The notes under the pieces: generated by a model
Seen by the model: only the letters and a program-made list of their open reading frames with translations
Databases searched by the model: none
What the model was told of the DNA's origin: nothing
Made by a program: the position numbers and the translations under genes
Assembly: GCA_963704755.1 (NCBI GenBank)
Contig: OY969938.1
Coordinates: 1,050,001-1,082,000, forward strand
From: an uncultured Chloroflexia bacterium
Lineage (GTDB): Bacteria > Chloroflexota > Anaerolineae > Anaerolineales > Anaerolineaceae
Length of the DNA stretch: 32,000 nucleotides
Reading direction: 5' to 3'
Shown: positions 1-6,156 of the stretch, piece after piece
Layout of the letters: the number at the start of each line of letters is the position of its first letter
How positions within the stretch are numbered: the first letter of the stretch is position 1

Positions 1-171
1 CGGGTGGACAGCCTCGTATAGGTGCAGGGCAGCCTGGCCTTCCTCGGCCTCGCCGACCACGTCCAGGCCATCTTCCAGTTCCAGCAGCGTGCGCAACCCA
101 TCACGCATCAGGCGTTGATCGTCTACCAGGCAAACGCGAATGGGAGCATCATCCGCAGGCGCGGTCTTCAT
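1..171 (-). CDS. Response regulator, NarL/LuxR-type receiver domain (N-terminal part only; gene runs off the window start)
   Basis: Not in the ORF track because it is edge-truncated. The reverse complement of 171..1 reads MKTAPADDAPIRVCLVDDQRLMRDGLRTLLELEDGLDVVGEAEEGQAALHLYEAVHP with no stop. GGGAGG lies 6 nt upstream of the ATG. The start overlaps the kinase stop by 23 nt, a typical HK-RR coupling. Confidence 0.8.
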   Translation of the reverse strand, partial: MKTAPADDAPIRVCLVDDQRLMRDGLRTLLELEDGLDVVGEAEEGQAALHLYEAVHP

Positions 172-1360
172 ACGGAACCTCCCTGGGCAGCGGGATGCGG
201 AAAATCAACTGCGTACCTCCGCCCGGACGCGGAACAACCAGAAATTCACCCTCCAACAGCGCCGCCCTTTCTTTGAGCCCGGTCAGACCGAAACCTTTAT
301 GGTCCGTTTCGGCGGTTAGACCGACGCCGTTATCGCTGACGAGCAAAGTCAGGTTTCCATCACGCTGATCCATTTGCAGCCAGGCCTCGCTGGCGTGCGA
401 GTGGCGCTGGATATTGGTCAGCCCCTCCTGGGCGGCCCGGTAAATCGCCTGCCGGTGGGCGGCCGGCACCGGTTCGGGACATTCCCCCAGGCTGAGATTG
501 ATTTGAATGCCGGTCGCTTCCTGCACCTGGCGAGCTAGCAACGGCAGGGCCTGTTCTAACGGTAGATCCTCTTCCACAGCCGCGCGCAGGATCGCTACCG
601 TCCGGCGCAATTCTCCCAATCCTTCGCGAATTTGTTCGCGCACCGTCCCCAGGATTTGTTCGGCCCGCTCCGGGTTGGAACGGACCAGGCGCTGGGCACC
701 TTCCAACTGCACCGAAACCACCGTCAGCCGGTGACCCAGCGTATCGTGCATCTCGCGGGCAATGCGGTTACGCTCCTGGGTGATGGTCAATTCTTCGAGC
801 CGGCTGGTGTATTCCTGCAACTGGTTGTGGGCCGCCTGGAGCTCGGCCAGGAGCTGTTCGCTGCGCTTGCGGTCCTTCATCGCCTGGCTGGTCGTCCAGC
901 CAAAAATGGCAAAGAAAAGGTACCCGGCCGCATACGGCAGCAATAAGAGCAGTCCCATCCAGCCGATGAAAACGGCAAAAATCACCCCGGTTACTAAAGT
1001 GAAGATGCCTACCCAAACCACACCGATCGTGATGGGGAAACGGATAAGCGCTTCAGGCCCCAGCAGGAAAAACAGGATCGGAAACACGCCCCAATTGGGC
1101 TGCATGTAGATCAAACCGGCCACCACACAGGTCTCGGCGGCCAACTTCGATTGCATCAGCCAGTTAGAAGCATGGTGATAATCCGGCACAAAAAAGAGAA
1201 CCGCAAAAACGACCAACAGGCCAATGGCCAAAGCGCGTTTGCGGGGCTCTTCCAGGTCCATTACCCCTGTAACTGCCACGGCCAGGTAAGCCAATACGGC
1301 TGGCAGGAGCAAATAATTGGGCTTTGGAGAACGGCGTTCCATATCATGATTGTACATCAA
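149..1360 (-). CDS. Sensor histidine kinase, HisKA_3 (LiaS/DesK/YvfT-like), intramembrane-sensing type
   Basis: 403-aa ORF. The N-terminal half is about 5-6 hydrophobic helices with very short loops. H-box ERNRIAREMHDTLGHRLTVVSVQLEGA. C-terminal HATPase motifs LVSDNGVGL and GFGLTGLKERA. Confidence 0.9.
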   Translation of the reverse strand: MMYNHDMERRSPKPNYLLLPAVLAYLAVAVTGVMDLEEPRKRALAIGLLVVFAVLFFVPDYHHASNWLMQSKLAAETCVVAGLIYMQPNWGVFPILFFLLGPEALIRFPITIGVVWVGIFTLVTGVIFAVFIGWMGLLLLLPYAAGYLFFAIFGWTTSQAMKDRKRSEQLLAELQAAHNQLQEYTSRLEELTITQERNRIAREMHDTLGHRLTVVSVQLEGAQRLVRSNPERAEQILGTVREQIREGLGELRRTVAILRAAVEEDLPLEQALPLLARQVQEATGIQINLSLGECPEPVPAAHRQAIYRAAQEGLTNIQRHSHASEAWLQMDQRDGNLTLLVSDNGVGLTAETDHKGFGLTGLKERAALLEGEFLVVPRPGGGTQLIFRIPLPREVPYEDRACG

Positions 1361-1472
1361 AGCACCTCTCGCTTAGGAAAAGACCATCTATAAGGGATAA
1401 GGTAGAACCGCTGAAACCCCAATCATTCAAACCTCGATCCCGCTTGACCGCACTCGCTTTGCCGGACAAAAC

Positions 1473-1517
1473 GCCGGCACCTTCCCCTTGATTTTTCCTC
1501 AAGGAAAAGGCACCGGC
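1473..1517 (-). terminator. Intrinsic-terminator-like hairpin between the ABC permease and the kinase gene
   Basis: 19-nt arms at 1473-1491 and 1499-1517 around a 7-nt loop. The four non-Watson-Crick positions are G-U wobbles only in the minus-strand RNA; they are C-A or A-C mismatches on the plus strand. On the minus strand the hairpin is followed by GTTTTGT. Confidence 0.5.
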
Positions 1518-1582
1518 ATGCAATAATGTGTATCTGGATTTCAAAGATAAACCTGCTTGAGCATGTGGAAATGCTGCCCGGC

Positions 1583-2860
1583 CTAGTCGAAGCGGAAGCG
1601 CCAGATGGCGATGCCCCAGAAGATGACGGCGAAACCTAGCAGCACACCAACACTGGGCAGGATAGCGCTTACGCCCAGCCCGCGGACAATCACGTCCTGG
1701 AACCCGTTCAGCGCCCAGGAATGGGGGGTGAACTTGGCCAGCGTCTGCATGAAGTGCGGCATCACATACAACGGGATCATGCTGCCGCCGATAGCGGAGA
1801 GCATCACCGCCAGCAGCGTGCCCAGGCTGCCGGCCTGTTCCTGGGTCTTGGTCAGGCTGGCCAGCAGTAAGCCCATCCCGGTCGCGGCGGCAGCCGAGGC
1901 CAGGGATAGCAGGATCAATGCCAGGTAGTTATTGCCCAGGGTCATGTGGAAGACCAGGATGCCGACCGTGAACATCAACGCGATCTGGACCAGGTTGACC
2001 AGAAAGTAAGGCAGCATCTTGCCGGTCAGCAAAGCGGCCTGAGATAACGGGGCGGCCTGCAGGCGGCGGAAGGTGCCCTCATTCTTTTCGCGGAACAAGC
2101 TGGTAGCGATGGTTTGCATGATGAAGAACACACCGTAAATCGTGTAGCCGGGTACGTTCTGCTGAGCCGCGGTCGGCGTGGGAACCGCCTTGTATTTGGC
2201 CGGAGAAACCACCCGGTAGTCCACACCTAACTCGCCGGCATATTTGCTCTGGTCGCTCAAGAGCTGCGAGGAGAAGCTCGAGCCGATCGAGCGGATCAGC
2301 GGGGCCTGGGCCGGTGAGGCCTGGTCGGCCAGCAAGTCGAAACCCAACTGGGTCCTTCCCGGGGTCTGGGCAACCGAAGCTTCCCGTTCGACATAGCCCT
2401 CGACCATGCCCTGGGCCGGCGAAAGCAGTTGGCTGCCCACGGTCGGGTCGGTGATGAACGTCACCGTCGTCTTAGGAGCGTCCCCTTGTGTAGCCGTGGC
2501 CAGGATGCGGTCCGAAAAATCGACCGGGAAAACAAGCGCAATCTGGTACTGCCCGGAGGTGATCAGGTCCTCGGCGGATGAGCGGGTCAGCGCCTGGCCG
2601 CCCTGGTCTTCGATCAGGTCCAGCCCCTGGACGCCTTTCAGATCGCTGATGACGTTGGCGGCAATTTGGCCCTGGTCCTGGTTAACGATCAACAATTGCA
2701 CCGGGTTATTGTTGCTGCCCGTATCGAACACACCTTGCAGAGCCGTGGTCATGACCAGGATGAACGCGATTGGCAGCAGGAACAGCCCGACCAATGCACC
2801 CCGGTCACGGGCAATAACTTTTAATTCTTTTTTTGCGATAGCAAAAATCTGGTTTAACAT
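1583..2860 (-). CDS. ABC-2 type transporter permease (YvfS/NatB-like)
   Basis: 425-aa ORF with one N-terminal TM helix, a soluble loop of about 200 aa and a C-terminal bundle of hydrophobic helices. It lies directly downstream of the ABC ATPase gene. Confidence 0.85.
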   Translation of the reverse strand: MLNQIFAIAKKELKVIARDRGALVGLFLLPIAFILVMTTALQGVFDTGSNNNPVQLLIVNQDQGQIAANVISDLKGVQGLDLIEDQGGQALTRSSAEDLITSGQYQIALVFPVDFSDRILATATQGDAPKTTVTFITDPTVGSQLLSPAQGMVEGYVEREASVAQTPGRTQLGFDLLADQASPAQAPLIRSIGSSFSSQLLSDQSKYAGELGVDYRVVSPAKYKAVPTPTAAQQNVPGYTIYGVFFIMQTIATSLFREKNEGTFRRLQAAPLSQAALLTGKMLPYFLVNLVQIALMFTVGILVFHMTLGNNYLALILLSLASAAAATGMGLLLASLTKTQEQAGSLGTLLAVMLSAIGGSMIPLYVMPHFMQTLAKFTPHSWALNGFQDVIVRGLGVSAILPSVGVLLGFAVIFWGIAIWRFRFD

Positions 2861-2957
2861 GATTTAATTCCTCTTTTTCAGAACCTCGGGAAAAAGCAGG
2901 GGCATTATCGCCAGGCCTCACCTGCTCAACCTTTCGGAAAACCGTTTTATCCAATCC

Positions 2958-3899
2958 CTATTCGCGCAAGCTCTTCCCGGTCAGGCTGAGAAAGACCGTT
3001 TCCAGGTCAGCCTCCATAATTTGCAGCGAAGTCACCTGGGCATCCAGGTGGTTGGAGATTTCGAGCACATCCACCAGTGTCTTTTGGGTATCCGTAGACT
3101 GAATATCGAGCGTATGGTCGCGCTGAGAGACCGCCCGCACGGTAGCTAAAGACATGGCCTGGTGGCGGACTTCCTGGATCACGCCATCGACGATGCCAAT
3201 GCGGACCATCCCCGCCCCCATACTACGGATCAGGTTGGCCGGCGTATCCAGGGCGATCACCTGGCCGTGGTCCACGATGGCTACCCGCCGGCATAAGCGC
3301 TGGGCTTCTTCCATGTAATGGGTGGTGTATATGACGGTCAGCCCGGCCTGGTTCAAGGCCTGCACGCTTTCGAAGATCGCATTGCGGCTTTGCGGATCGA
3401 CTCCCACCGTCGGCTCGTCCAGGAACAGGATTTCCGGGCGGTGCAGCAATCCGGCCGCCAGATTCACCCGGCGTTTCATCCCGCCCGAATAATTCTTGAC
3501 CGGCTCTTTAGCCCGGTCGGCCAGTTGGACCAGATTCAGCACTTCACTGACCCGGTCGCGCAGCGCTTTTCCTTTCAGCCCGTAGATCTGCCCGAAAAAG
3601 GCCAGGTTGTCCCAGGCGGACAGAGTTGGGTAAAGCGCCAGCTCCTGCGGTACCAGCCCGATGCGAGCTTTGACCGCTTTCATATGGCCGCGGATATCCA
3701 CGCCATCCAGCAGAATCTGGCCGCTGGTCGGCTCGAGCAGGCCGGCCATCATCGAGATGGTGGTGCTTTTTCCGGCCCCGTTCGGTCCCAACAGGCCAAA
3801 AATTTCGCCTTTAGCAATCGAAAATGAAATTCCACGAACGGCCTGGTTCTCGCCGTAAGATTTATGTAAATCGCGAATACTTAGAAATTCTCCGTTCAT
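2958..3899 (-). CDS. ABC transporter ATP-binding protein (ABC-2/YvfR-like)
   Basis: Walker A GPNGAGKST, signature YSGGMKRR, Walker B ILFLDEPTVGVD, H-loop TTHYMEEA. The track ORF begins at GTG 3935. I prefer ATG 3899 (MNGEFLSIRDL...) because GAAAGGGA lies about 6 nt upstream. Confidence 0.92.
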   Translation of the reverse strand: MNGEFLSIRDLHKSYGENQAVRGISFSIAKGEIFGLLGPNGAGKSTTISMMAGLLEPTSGQILLDGVDIRGHMKAVKARIGLVPQELALYPTLSAWDNLAFFGQIYGLKGKALRDRVSEVLNLVQLADRAKEPVKNYSGGMKRRVNLAAGLLHRPEILFLDEPTVGVDPQSRNAIFESVQALNQAGLTVIYTTHYMEEAQRLCRRVAIVDHGQVIALDTPANLIRSMGAGMVRIGIVDGVIQEVRHQAMSLATVRAVSQRDHTLDIQSTDTQKTLVDVLEISNHLDAQVTSLQIMEADLETVFLSLTGKSLRE

Positions 3900-4010
3900 T
3901 GCAATCCCTTTCACGAACAAGTTATCGACGTTCACAGGATAGCCCCGAACGGGTCACCTCCGTTAGTCCGCATCGTCACCTGCCGGTCATATGACTTTTT
4001 AGGATAGATT

Positions 4011-4061
4011 TTCGGGTTGTAAATGGCCGGGTGCGATACATCCGGCCATTCACAACCCGAA
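4011..4061 (-). other. Long hairpin (20-bp stem, 11-nt loop) in the divergent intergenic region
   Basis: TTCGGGTTGTAAATGGCCGG (4011-4030) pairs with CCGGCCATTCACAACCCGAA (4042-4061). The single mismatch is a U-G wobble only in the minus-strand RNA. It lies upstream of the ABC ATPase start. Confidence 0.6.
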
Positions 4062-4196
4062 TCGCTTCACCAAGTCGTTACCCAGGGTTTACAATTGGGT
4101 TCTACTCACAAGAACCAAATGTTCTTTTTTTACATCCAATATCGGTGTTTATCTGTGAGTCCACTGAAAAAACTCTATTTTTTAAAAACGACCGCT

Positions 4197-4235
4197 ATAT
4201 GTGGGGGGAGCGGCTTCGCCGCTCCCCCCACATAT
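4197..4235. repeat. Palindromic element, family 1 (ATATGTGG...GCGGC-TTC-GCCGC...CCACATAT), copy A
   Basis: Perfect 18+3+18 palindrome ATATGTGGGGGGAGCGGC TTC GCCGCTCCCCCCACATAT. A related copy sits at 19241-19285. Confidence 0.75.
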
Positions 4236-4322
4236 CGACCTTCTCTCGTGAAAAGAACACTTTTTTTTTGGAGAGTCATCTGTGCCAACCTGCGGTTAAA
4301 CTCATTATCAGGAGTACATTCC

Positions 4323-4799
4323 ATGCCAGAAAACCATTCCCTGCAACCCAACTCCCGCCATTGTTTCGTCTGCGGGCTCGAAAACCCGGTGGGGTTGCAG
4401 TTACGCATCTACCAAACCGGTCCCGGTGAAATCGAAACCACCTTCGTCGCCCCTGAGCACTTTCAGGGCTACCCGGGGGTGCTGCATGGGGGCATCATCG
4501 CCACCATTCTGGACGAGATTAGCGGGCGAGCGCACATGGGTGACCCTTCGGCGCCGCGCTTTATGTTTACCGGCAAATTGGAAGTCAAATACCGCCGGAA
4601 CGCCCCGACCGGCAAGCCTTTGCGAATCGTCGGCAAAGCCGGTAAAGATAAGGGAAGAGTTGCCGAAGCCTGGGCCGGGATGTATGATGAAGAAGGCAAC
4701 CTCTTGGCCGAAGCCAACAGTGTCCTTTTCAACGTCCCGCCCGAAATGCTCGGCGGCACCGATCTCGATACCCTGGGTTGGAAGGTCTATCCGGAATAA
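4323..4799 (+). CDS. PaaI-family hotdog-fold thioesterase
   Basis: MPENHSLQPNSRHCFVCGLENPVGLQLRIY ... GVLHGGIIATILDEISG is the typical PaaI/4HBT signature. AGGAG lies 9 nt upstream of ATG 4323. The track ORF start at 4023 crosses the hairpin-rich intergenic region and is rejected. Confidence 0.85.
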   Translation: MPENHSLQPNSRHCFVCGLENPVGLQLRIYQTGPGEIETTFVAPEHFQGYPGVLHGGIIATILDEISGRAHMGDPSAPRFMFTGKLEVKYRRNAPTGKPLRIVGKAGKDKGRVAEAWAGMYDEEGNLLAEANSVLFNVPPEMLGGTDLDTLGWKVYPE

Positions 4800-4806
4800 T
4801 TGTCTC

Positions 4807-5754
4807 ATGACCGCCTGGCGAAAAGACGCAGAAAATAAAAACGCCCCACAGCACTGGCCGCTCCATGGCTGGCTGGGATTGGCGCTGGTGGCCATTTTTT
4901 GGCCGCTCAACTGGCTGGCACCCGGCCAACGAACGGTTTGGGCCTTCTTTCCGCTCTGGCTGGGGTTTATTTTGATTGTGGATGGGGCAGTGTCCTATCG
5001 GAAACAAACATCGCTGCTCCGGCGCTCCTGGCGCAAATTTATCGGCCTATTCCTGGTTTCGACCCTATGTTGGTGGTTATTCGAGGCCTTGAACAACCGC
5101 ACTCAAAACTGGCAGTACCTGGGCGTAGAAGGCATTGGCCCGCTAGCCTATTTTGTCCTCGCCAGCATCAATTTTTCCATTGTCATCCCGGCCATCTTCG
5201 AGGCCGCCGAGCTGGCCGCGACCTTTCCCTTCATCCGCGCTGCCCGTCCGGGATGGGTCGTCCGCGGTGATCGCCGTACCACCCGCATCTTTTTCGTGGC
5301 CGGCTGGGGGATGCTGGCTTTGATGCTGGCCTGGCCCAAATACTTTTTTCCCTTCCAATGGCTATCGATATTTTTTATTCTCGAACCGGTCAATATCTGG
5401 ATGGGCAACCGCAGCCTGGCTCACTGGACCGAAAAAGGGGACTGGCGCCCGATTTTCAGCTTGTGGGTGGGGGTCATAATGACCGGCTTTTTCTGGGAGA
5501 TGTGGAACTTCTTCGCCTGGCCTAAATGGATTTATTCCGTCCCAGGGGTGAATTTCCTGCACATCTTCGAGATGCCGCTGTTGGGCTACGGCGGTTATAT
5601 GCCCTTCGCCCTGGAGTTGTTCAGCCTGTACCATCTAATCGTCGGTATGTTGGGTGAAAAGAAGTCCGTATATATGCAGATCGATCCGCTCGAAAAAACT
5701 GCTGGGCCGGATTACGAAGTTGTTCGCAGCCCAGTTGAAAATATTGGAGAATAA
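4807..5754 (+). CDS. Polytopic integral membrane protein of unknown function
   Basis: 315 aa from ATG 4807 (MTAWRKDAENKNAPQHWPLHGWLGLALVAIFWPLNW...). It has about 8 hydrophobic Trp/Phe-rich segments. The part of the track ORF before 4807 overlaps the thioesterase in another frame. It starts 7 nt after the thioesterase stop. I recognise no family. Confidence 0.7.
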   Translation: MTAWRKDAENKNAPQHWPLHGWLGLALVAIFWPLNWLAPGQRTVWAFFPLWLGFILIVDGAVSYRKQTSLLRRSWRKFIGLFLVSTLCWWLFEALNNRTQNWQYLGVEGIGPLAYFVLASINFSIVIPAIFEAAELAATFPFIRAARPGWVVRGDRRTTRIFFVAGWGMLALMLAWPKYFFPFQWLSIFFILEPVNIWMGNRSLAHWTEKGDWRPIFSLWVGVIMTGFFWEMWNFFAWPKWIYSVPGVNFLHIFEMPLLGYGGYMPFALELFSLYHLIVGMLGEKKSVYMQIDPLEKTAGPDYEVVRSPVENIGE

Positions 5755-6156
5755 AATCGCGACTTCAACCCCCTATTTTTGCCAGACAAGAACAAAGATT
5801 ATAAAAAATATATAAAAAATAGACAATTAACTCGAGATTCCCTTCGTGGTACACTTTTTGAAGGTTGGTAACATCGTTTCGGGGGCGTAAAAAAGGGTAC
5901 TCTCCCTTTTTCATTATTGAGGAATTCAATAAAAATACATGCGCCATCAATAACGCTTCCTCAAGTTGGGGAATACAGGTATTGGTTTTGTTTACAGTTA
6001 AAAAATGCGGGGACATTATTGTTATTCAAAGTTATTTGTAGTTCGACTGAGTGATTAGAAATTAAGTCAATTTACTATTGGAGTTTTCTGGGGCAATGGA
6101 GAGTTCGTATATTCCTCTTGCAACCAACCAAACCAGCATGCTTCTAGGGGTCCTCT

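Noticed and set aside
22-1109. Plus-strand ORFs 22..276, 507..734, 632..946 and 762..1109
   Set aside because: All are antisense or off-frame to the histidine kinase and response regulator genes, which carry clear H-box, HATPase and receiver motifs. Their composition is Arg/Ser/Pro-rich and shadow-like.
4023-4322. N-terminal 100-aa extension of the thioesterase ORF (track start 4023) and ORF 4031..4429
   Set aside because: The extension runs through two long hairpins and poly-T/poly-A tracts in an obvious intergenic region. The recognisable PaaI sequence starts at ATG 4323, which has an AGGAG RBS.
4426-4806. N-terminal 127-aa extension of the membrane-protein ORF (track start 4426), and minus-strand ORFs 4401..4910 and 4469..4759
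   Set aside because: They overlap the thioesterase coding sequence in other frames and have low-complexity Ser/Pro/Arg-rich sequence. The hydrophobic protein begins at ATG 4807.
5890-5911. AAAAAGGG-TACTCT-CCCTTTTT as the terminator of the membrane-protein gene
   Set aside because: Only three G-C pairs support the stem and the rest is A-T. That is too weak to call with confidence.
5765-6016. 83-aa minus-strand ORF in the AT-rich gap upstream of the EPS cluster
   Set aside because: It has AT-rich, low-complexity composition, no RBS and no recognisable motifs. The region is more plausibly promoter or leader DNA. A weak candidate promoter TTTACA-17-CATTAT lies at 5991-6019, but I do not trust it enough to list as a feature.
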